The position numbers were made by a program, and so were the translations under genes. A stretch of DNA of 64,000 nucleotides from an uncultured Actinomycetes bacterium (GTDB lineage: Bacteria; Actinomycetota; Thermoleophilia; Solirubrobacterales; Thermoleophilaceae), in assembly GCA_963719375.1 (NCBI GenBank), contig CAVRBY010000001.1, positions 186,322 through 250,321 on the forward strand, in the 5' to 3' direction. Every line of letters begins with the position of its first letter. Positions within the stretch are counted from its first letter, which is position 1. The notes beneath the pieces are model-generated. The model saw only the letters and a list, made by a program, of their open reading frames with translations, had not been told where the DNA came from and did no database searches. This document shows, in pieces, positions 28,104 through 37,404 of this stretch.

Positions 28104-28835
28104 ATGCCCGCCGTGCTTCGGAGGCGTCACATCGGAACCGCGCTCTGCGGCGGGCTCGCGGCGCTCGCCGCCGCCGGCTGCGGGAGCAGCTCGTCGAGCA
28201 GCTCCTCGAGCAGCAGCGCCAAGCCGCCGACCGCCGCGCAGGCGCAGGCGGCCGCCACGGCGATCAACCTGCGTGCGGGCGACGTTGCGGGCTTCACGAC
28301 GACGCCCTACAAGCAGACGCCGCAGGACCAGCAGTCGAGCGCCCAGCTCGCCAAGTGCGCAGGCGGCGTCGCACCGAGCCAGCAGATCGTCGACACCCAC
28401 TCACCCGACTTCAACGGCGGCAGCGGCCTTCAGAGCCAGCAGCTGAACTCGTCCGTGACCGTGCTCCCCACGGAGGCTCTCGCCTCGCAGGACCTGAACG
28501 CGGTCAAGAGTGCGAAGGCGCAGACATGCATCGTGCAGTTCGTCAACCAGCTGCTCAGCACCAAGTCCAACGGTCAGGTCACCTTCGGTAAGGCGTCGCT
28601 CTCGACGCTCGCCCCACCGTCTGGGGCACCCGCGGGCAGCTTCGCCTATCGCGTGACGGTGCCGGCGAAGGCCGCGGGGACGACGATCCCCTTCTACGTC
28701 GACCTCCTCGGGTTCACCGAGAAGCGAACCGAGATCGGCCTGACCGGCTTCGGTGTCTCGCACCCGCTCGACTCGAGCCTCGAGCAGCGCCTCTACTCGC
28801 TGCTCGGCAGCCGGGCGACCAAGAGCTCGGTCTAG
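28104..28835 (+). CDS. Hypothetical lipoprotein
   Basis: Lipobox LAALAAAGC followed by a poly-Ser linker. No family recognised. Confidence 0.6.
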   Translation: MPAVLRRRHIGTALCGGLAALAAAGCGSSSSSSSSSSSAKPPTAAQAQAAATAINLRAGDVAGFTTTPYKQTPQDQQSSAQLAKCAGGVAPSQQIVDTHSPDFNGGSGLQSQQLNSSVTVLPTEALASQDLNAVKSAKAQTCIVQFVNQLLSTKSNGQVTFGKASLSTLAPPSGAPAGSFAYRVTVPAKAAGTTIPFYVDLLGFTEKRTEIGLTGFGVSHPLDSSLEQRLYSLLGSRATKSSV

Positions 28836-28908
28836 TCCGGACCCGCCTCTGGCCTTACGGCCGCTGACGCCTCGCCGGCGGAGCAGGTCACCTAAGCTGG
28901 GCTCCCTG

Positions 28909-29706
28909 ATGGCCACCGACTCGGACATCGTCCACGACCGCCTGTCCGGCAGGCGCGCGCTCGTCACGGGAAGCGCCACCGGCATCGGGCAGGCCACCGC
29001 GGAGCGTCTCGCTGCGGAGGGTGCGGCCGTCATCGTCAACTATGTCGGCGATCCCGGCCCCGCCGAGCAGACGGTCAACCAGCTGACGTCCGCTGGCGGC
29101 CGGGCGGTCGCGATCGAGGCCGATGTCTCGAATGAGGACGCGGTGCAGGCGATGTTCGCTCGGGCGGCGGACGAGCTCGGCGGCCCGGTCGACCTGCTCG
29201 TCAACAACGCCGGGATCGAGAAGCCCTTCCAGCTCGTCGACATGCCGCTCGAGGAGTGGAACAAGGTGCTCGCTGTCAACCTCACCGGCGGATTCCTCTG
29301 CGCGCGTGAGACCGCGCGCGCCCTGCAGGCGGCGAAGCTTCCCGGCGTGATCGTAAACGTAACGAGCGTCCACGAGGTGATCCCGTGGCCGGGGTTCGGC
29401 CACTACTGCGCGAGCAAGGGCGGCCTCAAGCTGTGGGGCCAGACGATCGCGAAGGAGCTCGCGGGGGACGGGATTCGCGTCGTCAGCGTCGCCCCGGGCG
29501 CGATCCTCACGCCGATCAACCAGGACCTCGTGGATCACCCCGAGAAGCGCGTCGCCGTCGAGAGCGAGGTGCCGCTCGGCCGCCTCGGCAAGCCCGAGGA
29601 GATCGCCGCCGCGATCGCCTGGCTCGCCTCGGACGCCGCGGGCTACATCACCGGAACGACGCTGTTCGTCGACGGCGGGATGACCCTCTACCCGAACTTC
29701 GTCTAG
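28909..29706 (+). CDS. Short-chain dehydrogenase/reductase (glucose-1-dehydrogenase-like)
   Basis: TGSATGIGQA (TGxxxGxG), NNAG, YCASKGG (YxxxK). ATG 28909 fits the family N-terminus. Confidence 0.88.
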   Translation: MATDSDIVHDRLSGRRALVTGSATGIGQATAERLAAEGAAVIVNYVGDPGPAEQTVNQLTSAGGRAVAIEADVSNEDAVQAMFARAADELGGPVDLLVNNAGIEKPFQLVDMPLEEWNKVLAVNLTGGFLCARETARALQAAKLPGVIVNVTSVHEVIPWPGFGHYCASKGGLKLWGQTIAKELAGDGIRVVSVAPGAILTPINQDLVDHPEKRVAVESEVPLGRLGKPEEIAAAIAWLASDAAGYITGTTLFVDGGMTLYPNFV

Positions 29707-29924
29707 CGCGGCTTCCCGGAACGTTGAACCGGAAACCCAGCCCGTCGACCTTCGTGGCTGAACTCGTATTCCTATCGGCATTAAGCCGCACTCAGAGTGG
29801 CCCTTCTCCACCGCCGCCAAGGTTTCACGCGGAGCATTTCGAGAAGGGTCACTAGAGCGACGCTGGCGCCGCCCTGGGCCTGCTCAGGCCAGCGCGCGGT
29901 CGAGCCTGTGGTTCGCGAGCGCGT

Positions 29925-30473
29925 TCAGTTCGCGCTCGGCGCGGGAACGCGGTCGTTGCGCGAGTGCCGGCGTTCGAAGTGACCGCCGGCGAGCCGGTAG
30001 CGGTGTGCGCGGTACTGCAGGGGGCCGTTGAAGATGCGGTCGATGTAGCTGTAGGTGCGGTCGTAGGCCCAGGCGAGCAGCAGCACCTTCAGGTGCACCG
30101 CCGCGACCGCGTCGAGGAACACGGGCGGCGGGTCGCCCTTCGGAGCAGCGGCGCCGAGCATGTTCGACAGCTCGATGAACTGGTCGAGCCGGGCGCCCCG
30201 CTGCTGCTGATCGAGGTCCTCCCAGCTCGGCGCGAGCTCCTTGCGGTAGAACGCCTCCGCTTCGACGCCCCGCTCCTTCAGCCAGCGCACGTCCCTCGTG
30301 TCGGCGGCCGCGAAGACGTCGAGGCAGAGCCCGCGCAGCTGGAACTCGCCGGAGGCGGTTCGAAAGATCTCGCTCGTCTCCTCGAGGACGTTGTCGACGA
30401 AATCGCGCGTCTCGTCGTCGACGAGGCGCCTGCTCCATCGCCGCTTGTCGCCTCGTGACCGAAACAGTCCCAC
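29925..30473 (-). CDS. Hypothetical protein immediately downstream of ligD
   Basis: 182-aa ORF. GTG 30473 lies 45 nt after the ligD stop on the same strand. No family recognised. Confidence 0.45.
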   Translation of the reverse strand: MGLFRSRGDKRRWSRRLVDDETRDFVDNVLEETSEIFRTASGEFQLRGLCLDVFAAADTRDVRWLKERGVEAEAFYRKELAPSWEDLDQQQRGARLDQFIELSNMLGAAAPKGDPPPVFLDAVAAVHLKVLLLAWAYDRTYSYIDRIFNGPLQYRAHRYRLAGGHFERRHSRNDRVPAPSAN

Positions 30474-30518
30474 CGGCCGCTGACTTTACCGGCGAAGCGC
30501 GTGGAAGGGCACCCTTTT

Positions 30519-32939
30519 TCAGCCCTGACCGCGCAGCGGGAGCGTCTGCTCGATCGTAAGCGTGCCTGAGAACAGGTCCCCGTCTCGATCCACCCGTCCG
30601 AGCACGTCGGCATGGTCGAACGAGAGCAGATCGGGATCGCCCGTCTCGGCGCATCGTTCGACCTCGGTCCAGCGCAGCGGCGTCGAGGCGGTCGGGCGCT
30701 CGCGTGCGCGCAGCGAGTAGACGCAGACCGTCGTCTTGTGCTCGTCGTTCTGGCTCCAGTCGACGAGCACCTTGCCGGCGCGCAGCTCCTTGGTCATGCG
30801 CGAGACGACGAGATCGGGGTGCTGCTTCTCGGCCAGCTCCGCGACGGCCTTCGCGAACGGCTTCGTGTCGTCGTAGGTGACGGGCGTGTTGAGCGGCACG
30901 TAGACCTGCATGCCCTTCGACCCGGACGTCTTCGGGAAGCTCTCGAGCGAGAGCGGGTCGAACAGCTCCCGCAGCCACAGCGCGACGCGACTGCACTCGA
31001 CGATCGTCGCGGGCGGGCCGGGGTCGAGGTCGAAGACCATCATGGTCGGCCGGTCGATCTCGGCGGCGAGCGACATGGACGTGTGCAGCTCGATGTCGGC
31101 GAGGTTCCCGAGCCAGACGAGCGTCGCCAGGTCCTCGGCGAGGCAGAAGTTGATGTCCCGACCGTTGCGGCGGCTGTAGACGGGATGCGTTCTGACCCAC
31201 TCGGGACGGTGTGCCGGGCACTGCTTCTCGTAGAAGAACTGGCCCTCGACGCCATCCGGATAGCGCTTCAGGGTGAGCGGCCGCCCTCTCAGGTGCGGCA
31301 GCAGGACCGGTGCTATCCGCGCGTAGTAGTCGATCAGCTGACCCTTGGTGAAGCCGGCCTGCCGGTACAGGACCTTGTCGCGGTTCGAGAGCCGCAGGCG
31401 GCGTCCCTCGACCTCGACCTCGACGGCGCCGCGAGGCAGCTCGCGGACGGTCTCGATCGGTGGCTCGTCGCCGGGCGGCCCTTCGGCTGCGTCTGGGGCG
31501 ACCGGCTGCGTTTCGTCGATCACGATCCGCTTCGGGTCGGTGTCGCGGCGGCCCTTGTAGACGGGGTGACGCAGGATGCGCTCGCGCGTCCATTCCGAGA
31601 ACTCCACCTCGACGACCAGTTGCGGCTCGACGAAGACGGCGCCGCGCGGCGGCCGCGGCGGCGAGCTGAACGGCGACCCGGAGCGCTCGAGCGGAGCGAG
31701 CACGTCGCGCATGTAGTCGAGCTCTTCCTCGGAGAGGCCGCTGCCGGCCCGGCCGGCGTAGCGAAACGTTCCACCGGCGTCGTGGTACCCGAGCAGCAGC
31801 GCCCCGATTCGCTGCTGCCGGTGGCCCTCGCCGGGCATCCAGCCGCCCACGACCAGCTCGATGCTGCGCTTGTTCTTCAGCTTGATCCAGGCGCCGCTGC
31901 GGCGACCCGGCTCGTAGCAGCTGTCGAGTCGCTTCGCGACCACCCCCTCGAGTCCCTGTTCCTCGCTCGCGCGCAGCAGCGACCTACCTTCGCCGGCGTA
32001 GCTCGGCGGCGTGCGCCAGCGTGTGTCGCGCAGCTCGAGAGCGTCGAGCCGCTCGCGGCGCTCCGCGTAGGGCCGGTCGAGCAGCGAGCGGCCCTCGGCG
32101 TAGAGCACGTCGAAGATCATGTAGGTCACCGGGACCGCCGCGGCGAGGCGCCTGATCTGGCCCTCGGAGGTCACGTGCATGCGCCGCTGCAGGCGCTCGA
32201 AGCTGGGGCGTCCGCGCTCGTCGAGCGCGACGATCTCGCCGTCGAGGACCGCCTCGCGCGACCCGAGCGCCCGCCCGAGCGCCCGGAGCTCGGGGTACTG
32301 GGCGGTGATCTCGTTCGTTCGCCTTCCCTGCAGCCGGAAGTGGCCTGGCTGCCAGAAGCAGAGCGCGCGCACGCCGTCCCACTTCACCTCGAAGGCGTGC
32401 GCGGCCTCGTCGCGCGGGAAGTCGCCGAGCCGCGCGAGCATCGGTTCGATCCGCTCGGGGAATGGCTCCCTGCCGGGATCCACCGGCGGGTCCATCCGGT
32501 GGATCATCCAGTTCTTGCCGTCCTTACTCGTCTGGAAGAGCGCGTAGCGGCCCTCGACCCGCGCGCCGTGGAAGGTCACGAGCAGCTCCTGCGACTCGAG
32601 CTTGTGGAGCTCGTAGGTGCCGCGGTCCCAGATTCGCATCGTTCCCGCCCCGTAGTTGCCGGCGGGGATGTCACCCTCGAAGTCGAGGTACTCGAGCGGG
32701 TGGTCCTCGGTATGGACGGCGAGCCGGTTGTCCGTAGGGTCCTCGGGGATCCCGTTCGGCACCGCCCAGGAGAGCGCGACGCCGTCGTGCTCGAGCCTGA
32801 GGTCCCAGTGAAGGCGGCGGGCGGAGTGCTCCTGTATTACGAAGCGACGCCGATCGCCGCCTTCCCGTTCCGAGCCTGACGGCTCGGGGGTCGATTCGAA
32901 GCTCCGCTTCGCCTCGTACTCGTCGAGCTTTCGCGCCAT
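30519..32939 (-). CDS. ligD: Multifunctional NHEJ ligase LigD (phosphoesterase - ATP-dependent ligase - polymerase/primase order)
   Basis: PE domain (FVIQEHSARRLHWDLRLE), ligase motif I (FEVKWDGVR) and Pol domain (LTLKRYPDGV..FFYEKQ..SGSKGMQVYVPL). ATG 32939 opens MARKLDEY; the remaining 842 upstream codons of the 1648-aa ORF are rejected. Confidence 0.93.
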   Translation of the reverse strand: MARKLDEYEAKRSFESTPEPSGSEREGGDRRRFVIQEHSARRLHWDLRLEHDGVALSWAVPNGIPEDPTDNRLAVHTEDHPLEYLDFEGDIPAGNYGAGTMRIWDRGTYELHKLESQELLVTFHGARVEGRYALFQTSKDGKNWMIHRMDPPVDPGREPFPERIEPMLARLGDFPRDEAAHAFEVKWDGVRALCFWQPGHFRLQGRRTNEITAQYPELRALGRALGSREAVLDGEIVALDERGRPSFERLQRRMHVTSEGQIRRLAAAVPVTYMIFDVLYAEGRSLLDRPYAERRERLDALELRDTRWRTPPSYAGEGRSLLRASEEQGLEGVVAKRLDSCYEPGRRSGAWIKLKNKRSIELVVGGWMPGEGHRQQRIGALLLGYHDAGGTFRYAGRAGSGLSEEELDYMRDVLAPLERSGSPFSSPPRPPRGAVFVEPQLVVEVEFSEWTRERILRHPVYKGRRDTDPKRIVIDETQPVAPDAAEGPPGDEPPIETVRELPRGAVEVEVEGRRLRLSNRDKVLYRQAGFTKGQLIDYYARIAPVLLPHLRGRPLTLKRYPDGVEGQFFYEKQCPAHRPEWVRTHPVYSRRNGRDINFCLAEDLATLVWLGNLADIELHTSMSLAAEIDRPTMMVFDLDPGPPATIVECSRVALWLRELFDPLSLESFPKTSGSKGMQVYVPLNTPVTYDDTKPFAKAVAELAEKQHPDLVVSRMTKELRAGKVLVDWSQNDEHKTTVCVYSLRARERPTASTPLRWTEVERCAETGDPDLLSFDHADVLGRVDRDGDLFSGTLTIEQTLPLRGQG

Positions 32940-32978
32940 GTGACCACCGTATCCGGACGGCCTGCTGAGAATTGGAGT

Positions 32979-33866
32979 GTGTCCCACGACGGCCGCTTCG
33001 CACCGAGCCCAACCGGTCCGCTCCACCTCGGGAACCTGCGCACGGCACTGCTCGCCTGGCTCTTCGCGCGCTCGCAGGGAGCCCGCTTCATCCTCCGCGT
33101 CGAGGATCTCGACCAGGGCCGCTCGCGGGCCCAGTGGGAGCGCCACCAGATCGACGATCTCGCGGCGATCGGCCTCGACTGGGACGGGAGCGTGGAGCGG
33201 CAATCTGAGCGTCTGCCGCTGTACCGGGAGGCGATCGCCAGGCTCGACACCTACCCGTGCTATTGCAGCCGGCGCGAGATCAGGGAAGCGGCCTCGGCGC
33301 CACATCTGCCCGAGGGGGCCTACCCCGGCACGTGCCGCAACCTCAGCCGCGGCGAGCGGGAACGGGCCGGACCCGCCCGAGCTCTCCGTCTCCGGGCCCC
33401 CGACGTCCGCCTCGAGTTCGAGGACCTGCTGCTCGGCCCGGTAGCTGCGGGCGTCGACGACCTCGTCCTCCAGCGCGGCGACGGCACTCCTTCCTACAAC
33501 GTCGCCGTGGTGGTCGACGACGCCGACCAGCGAATCGGCGAGGTCGTCCGCGGCGCGGACCTCGCCATGACCACGGCGCGCCAGCTGCTCCTCCAGCGCC
33601 TGCTTGGGCTGCCCGAGCCGCGTTACGCGCACGTGCCGCTGATGCTCGGCCCCGACGGGCAGCGGCTCGCGAAGCGTCACGGCGCGGTCACGCTCTCGGA
33701 CCGCCGCGAGCCGCCGGCACGGACGGTCGGCTTCCTCGCTCACACGCTCGGGATGGCGGACGCCGGCGAGGAGCTCCTGCCGGCCGACCTGCTCTCGCGC
33801 TTCGACCCAGCGGGCCTTCCGAGCGAGCCGACCCGCCTCGATCCGGCGCACGTCGAGACCTCGTGA
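32979..33866 (+). CDS. gluQ: Glutamyl-Q tRNA(Asp) synthetase (GluRS catalytic-domain paralogue)
   Basis: GRFAPSPTGPLHLGNLRTALLAW, RVEDLD, PSYNVAVVVDD, GQRLAKRHG. Start is GTG 32979, or GTG 32940, which directly abuts the ligD ATG. Confidence 0.88.
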   Translation: MSHDGRFAPSPTGPLHLGNLRTALLAWLFARSQGARFILRVEDLDQGRSRAQWERHQIDDLAAIGLDWDGSVERQSERLPLYREAIARLDTYPCYCSRREIREAASAPHLPEGAYPGTCRNLSRGERERAGPARALRLRAPDVRLEFEDLLLGPVAAGVDDLVLQRGDGTPSYNVAVVVDDADQRIGEVVRGADLAMTTARQLLLQRLLGLPEPRYAHVPLMLGPDGQRLAKRHGAVTLSDRREPPARTVGFLAHTLGMADAGEELLPADLLSRFDPAGLPSEPTRLDPAHVETS

Positions 33867-33902
33867 GTAAGACTCCCGCGCGAACCGACACGAGGGGGAC
33901 AC

Positions 33903-35495
33903 TTGGCGGAGCGGCGGTTTACGAGACGGCGTGCAATCGGCGGAGCGGCGGCAGGGGCGGCGGCGACGACGCTTCCCGGCATCCTTGCGGACTCGGCCGA
34001 CGCCGCCACCGGCGAGCGATGCGTCGACGTGGCCGTCGTCGGGGCGGGCCTCGCGGGCCTGACCGCGGCGCTCCGGCTCGCGCAGGCCGGCAAGAAGGTC
34101 GCGGTGCTCGAGGCCCGCGACCGCGTCGGTGGTCGCACGCTCAACCATGACCTCGGGAGCGGCAAGGTGGCCGAGCTCGGCGGCATGTTCACGGGGCCCA
34201 CCCAGGAGCACATCCAGGCGCTCGCGAAGGAGATGGGCGTCGGCCAGTATCCCACGTACAACACCGGCAACAACGTCTTCATCGGCGCGGGCGGCCGGCG
34301 CGAGGTGTCGCCGAACAACATTCCGCAGTTCGGCACGGCACCGGTCGACCCGATCGTCGACCCCGACATCATCGCGGCGGTCCTGCAGCTCGACCAGATG
34401 GCCTCGACGATCGACGTCAACAGCCCGCAGTCGAACCCGAACGCGGCGGCCTGGGACAACCAGACGCTGTATCAGTGGGCGCAGCAGAACACGGCGCCGA
34501 CGCCGAACAACGAGTTCCTCGCGGTCATCTCCGCGGCAACCGAGCCGATCTTCGGCTGCGAGCCGTGGGAGCTCTCGCTGCTCTACACGCTGTTCTACAT
34601 CGCGTCCTCCGGCGACGAGCAGAACACCGGCACCTTCGAGCGCAACTTCGACACCTCCGACGGCGCCCAGCAGCAGCGCTTCATCGGCGGCGCTCAGTCG
34701 ATCTCGTTGAACATCGCCAAGCAGCTCGGCAACCGGATCGTGCTGAACGCGCCGGTGCGCCGGATCGCCCAGTCGCCCGACCACGTCAGCGTCACCTCCG
34801 ACGCCCTGACCGTGATCGCGCAGCGGGTGATCGTCGCGATCCCGCCCGCGCTGTGCGCGCGGATCGACTACGAGCCGGCGCTGCCGCCGCTGCGCGACCA
34901 GCTCTGCCAGCACATGCCCCAGGGCAGCCTGATGAAGTTCGAGGCCGTCTACTCGCGACCGTTCTGGCGCGACGGCGGCTACACCGGCCAGGTCGTCAGC
35001 GAGTCCGGCCCGATCAAGGTCACCTTCGACACCTCCCCGCCCGACGGCAGCCCCGGGGTCATGATGGGCTTCATCGGCGGCCACGAGTGCCGCTACTGGA
35101 TGCAGCAGCCGGCGGACGCGCTCCGCAGCGCGGCGCTCCAGCAGTACCAGCAGTTCTTCGCCTCGGACGAGGCGCTCAGCCCCACCGACGTCGTCACCTT
35201 CAACTGGTCGGCCGAGACCTGGAACCGCGGCTGCCCGGTCGCCGTGCTCGCACCCGGAACGATGACGGACTTCTACTCCGCCCTGCGGGAGCCGGTCGGC
35301 CGCATCCATTGGGCCGGCACGGAGACGTCGAACTACTGGAACGGATACATGGACGGCGCCGTCCGCTCCGGCGAGCGGGCGGTCTCGGAGGTCACCCCGC
35401 TGCTCGGCGCCACGCCGGCTTGCTCGAGCAATGCGGCCGCCCCGCGGCGGAGGCGACGCAGGCACTCCGGCTCCAAGCCGAACTTCACCGCGTAG
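33903..35495 (+). CDS. Exported flavin-containing amine oxidase
   Basis: Twin-arginine-like N-terminus (FTRRRAIGGAAAGAAA). FAD fold (VAVVGAGLAGLTAAL..LEARDRVGGR). C-terminal WAGTETS..GYMDGAVRSG. Confidence 0.85.
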   Translation: MAERRFTRRRAIGGAAAGAAATTLPGILADSADAATGERCVDVAVVGAGLAGLTAALRLAQAGKKVAVLEARDRVGGRTLNHDLGSGKVAELGGMFTGPTQEHIQALAKEMGVGQYPTYNTGNNVFIGAGGRREVSPNNIPQFGTAPVDPIVDPDIIAAVLQLDQMASTIDVNSPQSNPNAAAWDNQTLYQWAQQNTAPTPNNEFLAVISAATEPIFGCEPWELSLLYTLFYIASSGDEQNTGTFERNFDTSDGAQQQRFIGGAQSISLNIAKQLGNRIVLNAPVRRIAQSPDHVSVTSDALTVIAQRVIVAIPPALCARIDYEPALPPLRDQLCQHMPQGSLMKFEAVYSRPFWRDGGYTGQVVSESGPIKVTFDTSPPDGSPGVMMGFIGGHECRYWMQQPADALRSAALQQYQQFFASDEALSPTDVVTFNWSAETWNRGCPVAVLAPGTMTDFYSALREPVGRIHWAGTETSNYWNGYMDGAVRSGERAVSEVTPLLGATPACSSNAAAPRRRRRRHSGSKPNFTA

Positions 35496-35769
35496 GCCTG
35501 AGAGCCCGTTTCACAATCCCGCGTGTGCGGCTGGCGCGCGCCGGATCGAGCGGGGCAAGGACGCAGGATCCGGCTCATAGCTGGGACTACGAGCGGATCC
35601 GAGGACGCGGCAGCCGCGACGATCCGCCGCCGCCAGACGTGTGCGCGGGGTTTTGAAACCGGCTCTGAGGCCTGACCCGCCGGACCGGCGTCGAAGTAAC
35701 CCCACTCAAGACTCGGGCTCGCCGTCCGATCACCTGCCTGGGCGCGTATGCGCCCGGCCCGGTCTCGCC

Positions 35770-37404
35770 ATGGCAGCCCTTCGCCACCTCACCCGCCCCC
35801 TGCTCGCGCTCCTGCTCGCGCTCGCAATCGGTGCGACCCTCGAGCCGAACGTCGCTCAGGCGAAGACGGCGAGCAACGCGTCGATCATCGATCTCGTCCG
35901 GCGTGCCTTCCACGTGGCCGAGCGCGCCGACCGGGAGGCCCGCGCGCGGCTGAGCCCGTCGTCGCTTGGCACTGGGGCCGTCCGCTCCGGGAACATCGCC
36001 GCCGGCGCCGTCGGACCGGCAGCGCTCGCGCCGGGCGCCGTGACGACCGGAAGCATCGCCGATGGCGCGGTCACGAGCTCGAAGCTGGCCGCCGGCGCGG
36101 TGGGCACGGCCCAGATTGCGGACAGCGCGGTCACGGCCCAGCAGCTAGCCGCCGGCACGGTCACCGCCGCCCAGATCGCCGACGGCACGATTACCTCGCA
36201 GCAGATCCAGGCGGGCTCGATCGCAGCGGCGAGCCTCGCGGGGGGGATTCCGTGGGGTGATCTCGCGCTGACGGCGGGGTCGGTCAACGGCAGCTTCCTC
36301 AAGTCGGGCACGGTCGACGGCAACGTCATCTCCGGCGACCTGAGCGGCGCCGCCCTCAACAACGGCACCGTCGCCGCGACCGCGCTCGCCGGGGGGATTC
36401 CGTGGGGTGATCTCGCGCTGACGGCGGGGTCGGTCAACGGCAGCTTCCTCAAGTCGGGCACGGTCGACGGCAACGTCATCTCCGGCGACCTCAACGGCGC
36501 CGCCCTCAACAACGGCACCGTCGCCGCGACCGCGCTCGCCGGGGGGATTCCGTGGGCCGACCTCGCCCTCGCGGCCGGCTCGATCGACGGCGGCTTTCTG
36601 AAGTCGGGGACGGTCAACGGCAACGTGCTCTCGGGCAACCTCAGCGGCGGCCTCCTCAACAGCGGCAGCGTGCCCGCAGGCGCCCTCGCCGGCAACATTC
36701 CCTGGGGCGACCTCTCGGTGAGCTCCGGCACCATCCCGCTTGCGGACGTCTCGATCCCCAACGGCTCGATTCCGTGGACCGACCTGAGTGGCTCGATCCC
36801 GGCCAGTGAGATCGCCTCCGGCTCGATTCCGTGGACCGACCTGAACGGCCCGATCCCGAGCAGCGAGATCTCACCGGACTCGGTCCCGGGCAGCGTCCTC
36901 GAGCCGAACACCGTCGACGGCTCCATGCTCAAGAACAACGTGCCCGCCGGCGACCTGACCGGCGGCGGCGGCGCCGGAACTCTCTCGAGCAGCGTCTTCG
37001 GGTCTTCCTCGATCCCCGCCTCCGCGCTGCAGGCGCTGAGCGGCTCGAACCTGTCGCAGGGCACCGTGACCGGCGGCGCGTCCGGCAATCTGAAGCTCGG
37101 CTCGCTGACCGCCGGCGACATCGCCGCCCCGAACGGCGGCCAGCAGATCGCCGGCTCCTTCACCCTTCCGTCCGGAACCTCGGTGGGCGCTAACAGCTGC
37201 ACGCTCGAGCAGGCGGGTGTGACCGGCATCGTCGCGGGGGACTACGTGATCCTCGACAACCCGGCGAACCTCGACAGCGGGCTGGAGGCAAGCCCCGCGG
37301 CCCCGATCGCGAACCAGCTCCAGTTCCGCCTCTGCAACCTCACCGCCAGCCCGGTCTCGACCGCCGCCACGACGACCTGGAACTACATAGCGATCGCGCC
37401 GTGA
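35770..37404 (+). CDS. Secreted repeat protein with a 10-residue periodicity (beta-solenoid-like), tail-fibre-repeat-like N-terminal part
   Basis: Signal peptide (LLALLLALAIGATLEPNVAQA). Nine AVxxxxIAxG decamers, three 50-aa units (IPWGDLALTAGSVNGSFLKSGTVDGNVISGDL.GAALNNGTVAATALAGG), further decamers, and a Cys-containing C-terminal domain. Confidence 0.7.
   Translation: MAALRHLTRPLLALLLALAIGATLEPNVAQAKTASNASIIDLVRRAFHVAERADREARARLSPSSLGTGAVRSGNIAAGAVGPAALAPGAVTTGSIADGAVTSSKLAAGAVGTAQIADSAVTAQQLAAGTVTAAQIADGTITSQQIQAGSIAAASLAGGIPWGDLALTAGSVNGSFLKSGTVDGNVISGDLSGAALNNGTVAATALAGGIPWGDLALTAGSVNGSFLKSGTVDGNVISGDLNGAALNNGTVAATALAGGIPWADLALAAGSIDGGFLKSGTVNGNVLSGNLSGGLLNSGSVPAGALAGNIPWGDLSVSSGTIPLADVSIPNGSIPWTDLSGSIPASEIASGSIPWTDLNGPIPSSEISPDSVPGSVLEPNTVDGSMLKNNVPAGDLTGGGGAGTLSSSVFGSSSIPASALQALSGSNLSQGTVTGGASGNLKLGSLTAGDIAAPNGGQQIAGSFTLPSGTSVGANSCTLEQAGVTGIVAGDYVILDNPANLDSGLEASPAAPIANQLQFRLCNLTASPVSTAATTTWNYIAIAP
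36241..36690 (+). repeat. Tandem 150-bp coding repeat, three units
   Basis: Units 36241-36390 and 36391-36540 differ at only 2 of 150 positions (36342, 36344). The third unit, 36541-36690, is clearly diverged. Confidence 0.95.

Noticed and set aside
30519-35465. A 1648-aa minus-strand ORF.
   Set aside because: Only the last 806 codons (from ATG 32939) look like a protein (LigD). The upstream 842 codons are Arg/Ala/Gly-rich nonsense lying antisense to well-supported gluQ and amine-oxidase genes. This is a typical open-frame artefact of GC-rich DNA.
36241-36690. A CRISPR array or a diversity-generating retroelement TR/VR pair, as explanations for the near-identical 150-bp repeats.
   Set aside because: The repeats are directly adjacent with no spacers, in frame, and inside a coding sequence. 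The two differences are not adenine-specific, and there is no reverse transcriptase or cas gene in the window.
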